Below, one piece after another: positions 10,859-20,357 of a stretch of DNA of 64,000 bases (position 1 is the stretch's first letter; each line of letters begins with the position of its first letter). The notes beneath the pieces are model-generated. The model saw only the letters and a list, made by a program, of their open reading frames with translations. It was not told where the DNA came from and made no database searches. The position numbers and the translations under genes were made by a program. The stretch comes from a virus. Lineage: Duplodnaviria; Caudoviricetes. Location: positions 1 through 64,000 of IMG/VR virus record IMGVR_UViG_3300025711_000239. The stretch is one strand, 5' to 3'.

Positions 10859-10968
10859 CGCTCGTTAAAGGCGCTAAATTCATCCAGCTCCATATAAAAA
10901 ATACATTCTCTGATATGTAAGAGAATTTCGCTTGCCACATTTGAAATGAGTCGAGTCCGCTATGAGCG

Positions 10969-11125
10969 CAGGCTGTGTAAAACTGTTTTGGTCGCTTAAT
11001 CTGCGTAAAACAGGGTTGAAAGCAGCGCTCATAAGTAAAATTTGGCTCAGCTAACCTGTCGATTAATTCCAGATTTTGCGTAGATGCACGCACTTCAGTA
11101 TGAGTCAGAGTTTTCACACAGCCTG
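10969..11125. mobile_element. 157-bp MITE inserted in a palindromic site
   Basis: Terminal inverted repeats CAGGCTGTGT(G)AAAACT; 4-bp duplication AGCG on both sides; too short for a transposase. Confidence 0.75.
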
Positions 11126-11223
11126 AGCGAGGAGCGGACGCTAAAATGATGGCGACCGGGAAGTTCTGCCACATTAGACATAACACCCCGGCCACGTACG
11201 GAACGCGCGCAGCCTTAGAGCGG

Positions 11224-11624
11224 CTAGGGCAGTGCGTTCTGGTAGAGGTCCCAGCGATTGCCGTAGATGTCCTCGAATACAACCACCATCCCATACTCCT
11301 CCTGCCGCGGCTCCTGGCAGAAGTGGACGCCCTTTTCCTTCATGGCGTTGTAGTCGCGCCAGAAGTCGTTGGTCTGCAGGAACAGGAATACCCGCCCGCC
11401 GCACTGGTTCCCGATAAAACTCTCCTGCCGCTCGTTTGAGGCGCGAGCCAGGAGGAGATTACAGTCGCTTTCCGGGTTCGGTGTCACCACAACCCAGCGT
11501 TTGCCAGGCTCGGCGTGTCCTCAACCAAGGTAAAGCCCAGCTTGTCGGTGTAGTACTCGATCGCGCGGTCGTAGTCGTCGACCACTATCGCCACGTATCC
11601 CATGCATCGCTTTTGCGTTCTCAT
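11224..11624 (-). pseudogene. VOC/glyoxalase family protein, frameshifted
   Basis: MRTQKR..VAIVVDDYDRAIEYYTDKLGF, a 1-bp shift near 11510, then ...VVVFEDIYGNRWDL. Confidence 0.85.
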
Positions 11625-11854
11625 TTCTGCTCCGTCAGGTTTCAGGCACAACAGCCCGGACACCCTCTTTTAACATATAAGTGCCTGACCGCCCCCCCCC
11701 TGAGAGGCCCTCAGCGCGATTCTGGCGCTAACGAAGCGTTTCCGTCACTTTTTTCCGGCCAGAATCCTGAAAAACGGCCATGAAGATTACGGTGCATCTG
11801 AATTATTGTGCGGTAAGATTTACTCTCCACCGATTAGTGCTCGCAGATGCTGGA

Positions 11855-11921
11855 AACGTCCGCTTCAAATGGCACGAAGCGGACGCTAGCAAAAGGTTTG
11901 CTATGAGCGAAAACCGGAAGC
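11855..11921. repeat. Two adjacent palindromic sites
   Basis: CGTCCGCTTC-aaatggcac-GAAGCGGACG, then degenerate GTTTGCTATGAGCGAAAACCGGAAG. Confidence 0.75.
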
Positions 11922-12082
11922 AACAAAAAATGCATTTGCCGTTTCCGGTAGTTTATTGTATTTTTTAGTCGGCTTTATTCGTATGCCCGCGAAAGCAAGT
12001 TACGGATTCACTATCTCACTTTAATTTGTGAGAGGGGAATCTGCACTTGCGCAATTCTGCCTCTCACCCCACGGAGGCAAGC

Positions 12083-12301
12083 ATGTCTAATAATAATCTC
12101 TCAGTTCCAGCTACCCGTAAAATCAAAGGAAAAGCGCTTACACGTATCGATCAAGAACAAAAAACGATCAATTCAGGCCCATTAGGCCCAGAACGCCTTA
12201 TCATCAATATCGCACTTGATTTCATGGAAAAATATCCTGGTATGTCTTGGGAGCAGGCTTTAGTTGCCGCCATGGGCTACTGTGATCGCACTCATAGCTA
12301 A
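12083..12301 (+). CDS. Small hypothetical protein (72 aa)
   Basis: GGAGG SD before ATG; 14 nt upstream of next gene. Confidence 0.65.
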   Translation: MSNNNLSVPATRKIKGKALTRIDQEQKTINSGPLGPERLIINIALDFMEKYPGMSWEQALVAAMGYCDRTHS

Positions 12302-12315
12302 TAGTGAGGCAGATA

Positions 12316-13356
12316 ATGGCGAAACCAAACATTACGAAGATCTTTCATAATGGGCATGCATATGAGCTTGAGTATGGTGGATGGTTAAATCATAGATATG
12401 GCGAGGCTAGCAAAGCTTTAACTGAAGTATATTCAAACGATATTCATCTCAACAATACTACTATTGGTGAATATAAAGCCGCGAAAAGTGATGAATATGA
12501 GGGAGTTAAAGATAAACGTGATATGACGTTTATGAAATACCTTAGGCAATCCTTTAAGACTGAATTTGATATGGAGTGGGATGAGACAATCAAGGGAATA
12601 AAAAAAGCTATTAACGATAGCTGCATCCCTTATCTAATTCGTCAAAAAGCAGATGCATCAGTTGAAGAAAAATCTACAGCTATTTACCTAGCTGCTGCAA
12701 ACGGTCATGTTGCTTCAACCTATTTCATTGCCACGGCTATGAGTGATGGGGATGATGAGAATTGCTTATATTGGTTAACTTTAGCTCATAAGCGGGGTCA
12801 CATTGGTGCTGCATATGATATGGCAGCTTATTTCTATCGAATAGGAAACACCTTAGATGCCCTAAGGTGTTTAATCGTCTCAGCTGATGGTGGCTGCGAT
12901 TTTGCGTATTTAACTCTATTTAACATCGAATTGTTGAAAAGCATGCTGACTATTCAAGATAGCTCAAAGTTAGATGCTATGTTGAATGAGCTGGTTGATG
13001 GATCGCACAGTTCGAGTGCTCGATACTTCAAAGCTGTACGGCTTTTGGCGGGAGATACACCAACAGAGGGTGTGGCTCTTATGAAAACTTTTCGTCAAAC
13101 GCCAAAGAAAAAGCCTGCTGATAAAGACATTGATGATGTATATCGGAACCAAATGGCTTTTACTGAAGAGTTCTTGCATACGGTGCTTAGTGATATTAGT
13201 TCTCGAAAGCCCCCTTTAGTATCACTAATGGAATGTTCGCTTAAGTTTTCAGACCCTCGCCGAGCAGAAGAGGGGAAGTCATTTGCGTTAAGTTTTGAGG
13301 ATTATAGAGAGTCATTAGAAATGTTCAAAAAATATAAAACAAATGAAAGTGCATGA
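12316..13356 (+). CDS. SEL1-like repeat protein
   Basis: LAAANGHVAS, WLTLAHKRGHIGAAY and SADGG repeats. Confidence 0.7.
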   Translation: MAKPNITKIFHNGHAYELEYGGWLNHRYGEASKALTEVYSNDIHLNNTTIGEYKAAKSDEYEGVKDKRDMTFMKYLRQSFKTEFDMEWDETIKGIKKAINDSCIPYLIRQKADASVEEKSTAIYLAAANGHVASTYFIATAMSDGDDENCLYWLTLAHKRGHIGAAYDMAAYFYRIGNTLDALRCLIVSADGGCDFAYLTLFNIELLKSMLTIQDSSKLDAMLNELVDGSHSSSARYFKAVRLLAGDTPTEGVALMKTFRQTPKKKPADKDIDDVYRNQMAFTEEFLHTVLSDISSRKPPLVSLMECSLKFSDPRRAEEGKSFALSFEDYRESLEMFKKYKTNESA

Positions 13357-13439
13357 AAATAGGTAAGCAATCGATTCTTTTACGATTAGTACGGAGATCC
13401 AAACGGTTCACTCTGGTGCAAGCCGCTTTATGACGCTCT

Positions 13440-13521
13440 CTGTAGTAAATCCGAGTTCTTCGTTTCATGGCAACGTCCCCCTTGATTAAGGATAGCGTTG
13501 CATCGACCCATTGAACTCACA
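13440..13521 (-). mobile_element. IS30-family left-end stub
   Basis: Near-identical to 19073-19153, including the transposase start ATGAAACGAAGAACTCGG. Confidence 0.7.
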
Positions 13522-13703
13522 CCGAGGAGCGGACGTTCGCAACTTGAATAATCGTATGGCTAACTTTGAGGTGTCTTAATCAACGGGGAACTGGTCAAGT
13601 GAGGAGGGAAAGGAACATTTTCGCGAAGTGAATTCTGCCTGCGGTTTGTTAGGCGCAGGCGGAATCTTATGTAATATTTTAACTTTTTGCAGTTGTTAAT
13701 CAC

Positions 13704-15239
13704 TCAGCTATATATGAATTTTAATGTTCTTTTTACATAGCTTTTAGCTTGTTCTATATCGTTGGAAACCTCCCCCCCATGATGTTGAGCATTTCCAAAA
13801 TCTTTGAGGTTGTATAATTCTTCAATATGCTTTTTCATTGAAAAATAATTTTTATTTTCGTCGCTTTCATTAATTATATCGAGCATTGCACCAAGCATAA
13901 TTTCATTATTAAAGTCAGTGGGGAAGCGGGTTTTCAAATAATCTTCCAATACTATGCGCATAGCCGGTAAAACCTCATGCAATTTATCATTGCATTCTCC
14001 TGATACAAAGGAATGTAATAATTTAATTCTTGCAACATAACTACTTTCAACAACCTTTTCATTCCATAATGAAATGCTACTAGTGTTATTATCGAAATTT
14101 TTACTTATGCTGTATTGCTGTGCAGAAGATAGCGATTTATCAGTCTTCATGAGATGTAAGAATTTTGCATCATGAGATAATATAAAAATCTGGCGTGTTT
14201 TTTTCTTTAATTCTTTTATTATTTCTTTTGTTGCATGTCTTCTGGATTCATCAAAGCTTGACATGGGGTCATCGAATACAACTATTGTTTTTTTAATGTT
14301 TTTAGAAGCGTCAAGTTTTGATAGGAAGAAAGCTAAAGAAATTGCTCTCTTATCTGCATCGCTCAGCAACGTATCAAAGTACGGCAGCCCATGTTGAATT
14401 GTATTGGATGCAAAAATGTCCACTTCAAAGTCATTCATGCCTATTGAATATTTTAATCTTTTGGAAAGATCACTTGAGAAATTTGATGATCCTAACTTCA
14501 TAACTTTGAAGTTAGTACCGAATTTACTGAGGTAGTAATTTATGCTGGCTTGATGTAATGTCAATTCATCATCGATAATGCTAATTAACTTTTCTTTTTT
14601 AATTCTTATGGATTCAATTAATGATTTTTTCTTGTTAAGAAGTTTTTTTGATTCTTCAAGAATTTCATTCTGATCCTTATTTTTCACGATAGAAGCTAAA
14701 TCATCTGGGTCTGATAATAGAAACATACTCTTAGTTTTTCCTGGGGACAAAGATAAATGAGAAATACATTCCGATAGTTTTTTATTTACTCCGCTTAGTG
14801 AGAGGTCGATTACTTCCAGTTCTTTAAAGACTTCTTTTCCTTCTTCATTTGCAAAAAGAAGTGAGAATAAACGCTCTCTTTGCTCTTTAAATATAGCATT
14901 ACCTGAGTAAACATTGTCATTGATAAAGGATGAGTCATAAACGGCCAGGCTCAGATCATTTAAATCCCAGCCTTTCTTATGATTAAATTTGAGAGTTTTT
15001 CCATTTTCTAACTCCAAGATGACTTGTGGCTCGGATTTTGATGATGGCAATCTTGCGTGTTTCATTATGAACCGAGGGCTGTTTCCTTCTAAAGATTTAA
15101 AAATAGATGCTAAGGTTGATTTTCCACCTCCATTATCACTATAAATCAAGTTGATGTCAGAAAATATTGGGAACTTAGAAGGTGTAGAGAAGTTAGCAAA
15201 CCTTCCAATATCTTTTATATATTTTATACTCTTTATCAT
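13704..15239 (-). CDS. ABC-type ATPase (AAA_13/RloC-like) with possible C-terminal HEPN-like domain
   Basis: Walker A NGGGKST, signature LSDADK, Walker B VVFDDPMSSFD, H-loop LSHD; C-terminal MRIVLE...NAQHH. Confidence 0.8.
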   Translation of the reverse strand: MIKSIKYIKDIGRFANFSTPSKFPIFSDINLIYSDNGGGKSTLASIFKSLEGNSPRFIMKHARLPSSKSEPQVILELENGKTLKFNHKKGWDLNDLSLAVYDSSFINDNVYSGNAIFKEQRERLFSLLFANEEGKEVFKELEVIDLSLSGVNKKLSECISHLSLSPGKTKSMFLLSDPDDLASIVKNKDQNEILEESKKLLNKKKSLIESIRIKKEKLISIIDDELTLHQASINYYLSKFGTNFKVMKLGSSNFSSDLSKRLKYSIGMNDFEVDIFASNTIQHGLPYFDTLLSDADKRAISLAFFLSKLDASKNIKKTIVVFDDPMSSFDESRRHATKEIIKELKKKTRQIFILSHDAKFLHLMKTDKSLSSAQQYSISKNFDNNTSSISLWNEKVVESSYVARIKLLHSFVSGECNDKLHEVLPAMRIVLEDYLKTRFPTDFNNEIMLGAMLDIINESDENKNYFSMKKHIEELYNLKDFGNAQHHGGEVSNDIEQAKSYVKRTLKFIYS

Positions 15240-15640
15240 ACTTCCTCCGTAGGAACTCAATGTAGAAAAATAAAGTTTAATTAAGTGACATCATATAGAA
15301 ACACTAATCATATATCTATTTGACGCATATATAATTCACTAAAAAAATGTCGTAGATATTAATATAACACTTTAAGGCAACTTTACAGCACATGTAAAGT
15401 TGAAACTTCCGGAAAAATAGATGAATTGAGCAGAAATTAAAACAGTATATGTTGAGTTTTGGTTTTATATGAAAAATTTTATAGTAATTAAGAAGACAAC
15501 CTCCTGATTGCTAAAAGCGCCGGTTCGACCGGAGAACTGCTGACAGCTCTTACCCAGTTACGCAAGTCCCTTAGATATTAAGCTTATTTTATCCATCAGG
15601 GATGAAACTGTCACCAATCATGCTGAATGCAAAATATTTG

Positions 15641-15670
15641 AACGGCAGTTACTGACACAGAGCTGCTGTT
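15641..15670. repeat. Palindromic site downstream of small recombinase
   Basis: AACGGCAGT-tactgacacaga-GCTGCTGTT, geometry like the 11855 site. Confidence 0.55.
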
Positions 15671-15684
15671 ACAGCCCTCACAAA

Positions 15685-16284
15685 TTAAACTTCAATAGAT
15701 CCAGATATCTCCATGGCATCATCCACTTCAATACCGAGATAACGGACTGTACTTTCGAGTTTTTTGTGACCTAACAATAGCTGGATCACTCGAAGATTCT
15801 TCGTTTTTTTATAGATCAGATATGGCTTGGTTTTCGCGTAGAATACGTACTTTACAGGGTCTCGTCGAGACCCTGCTCATCAATCCATCCATGAAAATTA
15901 CGGTTATATTGCCTAGTTGAGATATGCCGTGAAGAACCGACGCGGGACTGGAACAGATAGTCGCTACTACGTAGATGAGCCATTTTTATCCACGCTGCTA
16001 CAGCCTCTCTGGTTCCCTTAGTCAGTTCAAACTGAACGGGCTTCCCGTTTTTTGCAGCAGCACTGTCGCTCTGCCCTAAACAGAGTGCCCATAGGCCACA
16101 TCAGAAACTTTTAACTTAACCAGATCACAGGCCCGAAGTTAACTGTCCAGAGCCATGTTAAACAGAGCTAAATCGCGCACTTTTCCTTCCAGCTTAAGTC
16201 TGATACGGAATCCCCAGATATGAGAGATTTGAAGAGGCCGTTTCTGGCCTAAGATACGGCACTTGTTCCAAGGGATGTTGTCAT
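15685..16284 (-). pseudogene. Small (~200 aa) tyrosine recombinase, decayed
   Basis: Manual translation: PWNK..GQKRPL...RDLALFNMALDS*LRACDL...NLRVIQLLLGHKKLESTVRYLGIEVDDA; several stops and frameshifts; absent from the ORF track. Confidence 0.88.
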
Positions 16285-16322
16285 GCTCTATTTCCTTTGG
16301 GTTAGGAGATGTGATTATGGTT

Positions 16323-16349
16323 GTCCCATATGAGCGAGAAGCAGATAAT
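16323..16349. repeat. Palindromic site upstream of small recombinase
   Basis: GTCCCATATGAGCGAGAAGCAGATA versus consensus GTCCGCTATGAGCGAGGAGCGGACG. Confidence 0.65.
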
Positions 16350-16409
16350 GGAGTGCTTATAAAAGTTTAATACTTGTCTCAGTCCGAGATTTTGGTAAGT
16401 ATTGATTCA

Positions 16410-17087
16410 CTATAGTTTTCCGCCAGCATAAAGGGAGGCCCATATAGCAGCACCAGCAAAGATAAGAACTAAAAATCTCTCAACCGTTTTGATAACTTTA
16501 TGTCTATATGTTGACTTGAATCTAAAGTCATTAAAAATAAGGTATTGCCTATAAATATAATTACTCATGTTGGAAGCAGAATGCTGTGAAGTGGATGTAC
16601 AATACCTAAAATATACAGAAAAATGTTTTTTTATGTGTTTGGGTGTTATTTGCGATGGGTTTTGATACTTGCCTATTATTATTTCAGTTTCATTGATTTT
16701 CCCAGCATTAGATTGATATGGCGCAACAAACACAAGAACATCACCGGATGGTCCCTGCGAATACCATAATTGAGCATTCCTTTCGAACGCAACTTCTAAG
16801 CTTTCGTTGTCTGGGGATGTTATGTTAAACCCCAAGAATCTGAGCCCAGTAAAAACATGAGTCGAATTAATATGTTGTGAACTAATAAGATTAGATGATT
16901 TGATTGGTTCATCATCTTTTGATCTGCTAATGTAAAGGCTCCCAAAGATATCGGTACTATGAGAGTCAGCATTTAAAATTTCAAACTCCCTTTGAATTCT
17001 ATCGTCCATAAACCTCCAATTTATGCGTTTAAAATATGCATTTAAACTATCTCTTCTTATTCTCTCTGCAGCGGACTTTAATTTCAA
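16410..17087 (-). CDS. Hypothetical protein with C-terminal TM helix
   Basis: 225 aa AT-rich ORF ending FLVLIFAGAAIWASLYAGG. Confidence 0.7.
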   Translation of the reverse strand: MKLKSAAERIRRDSLNAYFKRINWRFMDDRIQREFEILNADSHSTDIFGSLYISRSKDDEPIKSSNLISSQHINSTHVFTGLRFLGFNITSPDNESLEVAFERNAQLWYSQGPSGDVLVFVAPYQSNAGKINETEIIIGKYQNPSQITPKHIKKHFSVYFRYCTSTSQHSASNMSNYIYRQYLIFNDFRFKSTYRHKVIKTVERFLVLIFAGAAIWASLYAGGKL

Positions 17088-17306
17088 TGTAAATCCTTAA
17101 ATATAAAAATAGTTCATCATATATTCATGGGTAAACTAGGAAGTTGTTATGCTGATGAGCATAACTGGCAATAAAATCAAAAAAGTTCCAAGCATACTAC
17201 ATCAACAAACATCGATGCGCTCACATTCAGTATGAGAAACTTAGTTACGTCTGCTAACCTGCTCCCCCTTAAACTAATGCAGCATGATGTTAGGAACTTC
17301 CGCTTT

Positions 17307-18543
17307 TGACCCTGACCCCGAATATGATCCAGACATAATCAGGAATAACCGGCTTCAGGTTGGTTGCTTATTCTGGCAACCGGCAGATTTTTCGGCAAAT
17401 TCGGATGGGGTCATCCAGCCCAGCGCAGAATGGGGACGACTCTGGTTATAGTGTATTCGCCAGGCTTCGATTTTGCACCGGGCATCCTCCATCAACATAA
17501 ACCAGTTCTCGTTCAGGCATTCCTGCCGCAGCCTGCCGTTGAATGATTCCACCGTGGCGTTATCCGTGGGCGTACCCGGTCGCGAAAAGTCAATCCGGAT
17601 ATCATGTTCGTATAACCATTTATCCAGCATTTTTCCCGCAAATTCAGAACCATTATCAGTTTTCAGTAGCTGTGGCAGCGGTCGCCTCAGCGCTATGTTA
17701 TTCAGCATCTCAGCCACTTCTGAGGACCGCAGGTTCTGGCCCATGCAGATCCCCAGACATTCGCGCGTGTAGAGATCGATTACCGTCAGCAGGCGAAGCC
17801 GGCGACCGTCAAACAACGCATCGGAGACAAAATCCATCCCCCATACATGATTGGGATACAACCCCTGCGGCTGGGGCTGCCGTTTCAGCGCAGATTTAAT
17901 ACGGCGGGGGCGCTTTAGCCGCAGCGATAATCCCTGCTCGCGGTAAAGCCGGTAAATGCGCTTGTGATTATCGCGCCAGCCTTCCCGTTTCAGCATGACG
18001 TGGACCCTGCGGTAGCAGTAGTGGACGCGGGTTTCGGTTATCTCCCTGATGCGCAGCCGCAGCGCGCTGTCGTCTGCCGCAACGGAGCGGTAGCGGAACG
18101 AACTGCGGCTGACCTGCAGCGCAAAGCAGACCTGTCTCTCACTGGCACCGTAGCGGGTCTGTTAGTCCCTGACCCACTCGCGCAGGCGTGCCAGCGTCAG
18201 CTCTTTTTTGCCAGCACGTCCTGCAGCGTGGCCTTGTCGAGGCTCAGATCGGCAACCAGCCTCTTCAGGCGAAGGTTTTCCTCCTCGAGCTGCCGCATAT
18301 GTTTCAGTTCTGAAGGCGAAATCCCACTGTACTTTTTGCGCCAAGTGTAGAACGTGGCGTCGGAGATGCTCAGCTTGCGGCAGACTTCCGGTACGGGCGT
18401 ACCCAGCTCAGCCTGCTTCAGGGCAAAGACAATCTGCTCTTCGTTAAATCGTGACTTTTTCATCGGCACAACCTCCGCTCAGGGGAGTGAATATCATGCC
18501 GGAATTCTGTTTCTGAATGGAGCAGGATTTCGTGTCAGGGTCA
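17307..18543 (-). mobile_element. IS3-family insertion sequence, probably inactive
   Basis: Inverted repeats TGACCCTGAC; orfA 18197-18463, A6G shift site, DDE orfB (WGMDF, DNGSEF, VESFNGRLR) with premature stop at 18162. Confidence 0.92.
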
Positions 18544-19153
18544 TTTTTTTAATGCACCCCGGGTTTGTATAAAAAGCGTTTTATATATCGTTTCGTGTGG
18601 CACATGCATTTCCTGATTATCCGGATAACAGCGTTTCAGCCAACCGGCGATTTGTTCCGGCGACCAGTCCTGATGCATCTTCTCTGCGATGATTCTACAC
18701 TTTGGGTCTTTCAATTAGCTTGCAAGGTTTTAGTCTCAGAGCATTTTCCCACGCAGCAGTATCCGCTTTTGATGCACGGTATTGATTTGCACCAGCGTGC
18801 CTCTTTATTTCCCGGCTAATCGTTGAGGGGGCTCTCGATAGTTTGTTTGCGATCGCCCTGATGCTGATTTTGCTACCAGCGCTCTGGATATTTCCTCTCT
18901 TTCATCAAGTGAAAGCGCTAACGGATGCCGCTTTCGGACAGGGGGCGGTATCCACCAGTCTGGTGGATAGTGGGCATAATAGAAGAATGATATCTGTCGA
19001 ACATTCTGGCGATATCATGCAGGGAATCACCTTGCTTATATCTGTCCCAGATAATCGCCTTCTGCTCTGGCGTGTAGTTAATCCGAGTTCTTCGTTTCAT
19101 GGCAACGCCCCCCTTGATTAAGGATAGCGTTGCATCGACCCGTTGAACTCACA
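18544..19153 (-). pseudogene. Truncated IS30-family element
   Basis: MKRRTRINYT...IARMF N-terminus and HETIYKTLFIQTRGALK fragment cut at the IS3 end; terminus TGTGAGTTCAA. Confidence 0.8.
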
Positions 19154-19398
19154 ACGAAAAGCAGACATTCTTTTCAGGATAACTCTCACTCCTCTTTTGA
19201 CTTATAGGATGTCAGTTATTTCGGCTATTTGTAGTTCAATGCAGTTGATTGAGTAAGGAATAGATCTGACTCGTTATGCAGGCCCTAGTACCAAAGCTTA
19301 AACCTGTAGACAAATTGCACAACCAGAATGTATAACGAATTGGGATTATTCTTATTTGCTGGCTGGTATCTGGCACCCTACCCACGGCTCTCACCTGG

Positions 19399-20349
19399 AT
19401 GACAAATATGGAAATTGAGAAAAACACGATTGATGATGTTATGCGTGCTGTGTTTGAAAATATCCTGTCAGATGGTGTTCCTGTTGAAACAACGCGGGGT
19501 CCGACAAAAGAGATTCTGGGTACACACATCATTTTGAGCAATCCGATTTGCCGGATTAGCAGAACAGAATCCAGAGGTAAAATATTCACCTGTCTGGGTG
19601 AGTTGATGTGGTACCTATCAGGCAGTGACGAGGTTGAATCTATTCGCTATTACATCTCAAAATACCAGGATTCTGCAGAAAGTGATGGCACAATTAATGG
19701 CGCTTACGGACCTCGTCTCTTTGGTACCAAGAATGAAATTAACCAGATTGAGAATGTCATCCGGCTTTTAAAAAAACGCAACACATCTAGGCGAGCAGCC
19801 ATACAGCTTTTTGACGCAAACGATATAGCCCATCCCTTCGTTGAAGTCCCCTGTACTGTCGGGCTCCAGTTTGCGATTAGGAATGATTCCCTCGATATGT
19901 TCACATTCATGCGCTCTAACGATGCGCGAGCAGGACTGGTTCACGACATATTTGCATTCACGATGCTTCAGGAAATGATTGCAAAAACCCTCGGTTTAAA
20001 TTTGGGCGTTTATCGCCATTATGCGGCAAGTCTGCACATCTATACCGAGGATATTCCCCTCATCGAAGCTGCGCTTAAAGAGGGTTATGCGCCATCTGCA
20101 CCAGTTATGGTGGCAATGCCCACAGAGGATATAAATCACTACTTATGCATCATTGTTGATGCAGAGAAACGCATCCGAGAGGGCGACATTCCAGACATTG
20201 ATACGCTAAGCCTGAGTGAATACTGGAAAGATGTCCTTCGTATGCTGGCGATATTCAGATGCAAAAAAGACAAGGACTTGCCAGCTGCTCGGTCCATTGC
20301 CGGGAAATTGCAAAATCAGTCATACAAAATTTATCTTGAGTGGTTGTGA
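19399..20349 (+). CDS. Thymidylate-synthase-fold nucleotide-modifying enzyme
   Basis: GELMWYLSG, GAYGPR, VPCT catalytic Cys, MRSND, SLHIY. Confidence 0.88.
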   Translation: MTNMEIEKNTIDDVMRAVFENILSDGVPVETTRGPTKEILGTHIILSNPICRISRTESRGKIFTCLGELMWYLSGSDEVESIRYYISKYQDSAESDGTINGAYGPRLFGTKNEINQIENVIRLLKKRNTSRRAAIQLFDANDIAHPFVEVPCTVGLQFAIRNDSLDMFTFMRSNDARAGLVHDIFAFTMLQEMIAKTLGLNLGVYRHYAASLHIYTEDIPLIEAALKEGYAPSAPVMVAMPTEDINHYLCIIVDAEKRIREGDIPDIDTLSLSEYWKDVLRMLAIFRCKKDKDLPAARSIAGKLQNQSYKIYLEWL

Positions 20350-20357
20350 GGGAGAAA

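Larger units (their letters stand above)
891..10860. mobile_element. P4-like phage satellite integrated at ssrA
   Basis: int, cos-like site, ogr/delta, TTCACC ori repeats, alpA, ash, alpha primase in P4-like order; right boundary not established. Confidence 0.85.

Noticed and set aside
10884-10892. CCAGCTCCA as attR copy of the tmRNA 3' end
   Set aside because: Only 9 bp match; chance-level, with no supporting arm repeats
10701-11294. 197-aa minus-strand ORF
   Set aside because: Runs across the primase end, terminator and MITE; likely spurious
15855-15875. Palindrome CAGGGTCTCG-T-CGAGACCCTG
   Set aside because: Inside the recombinase coding region, single copy, unlike the site consensus
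19360-19390. TCTGGCAC core as a further palindromic site
   Set aside because: Flanking arms do not pair
19399-20349. Housekeeping thyA
   Set aside because: Asp at the specificity position, divergent motifs and island context
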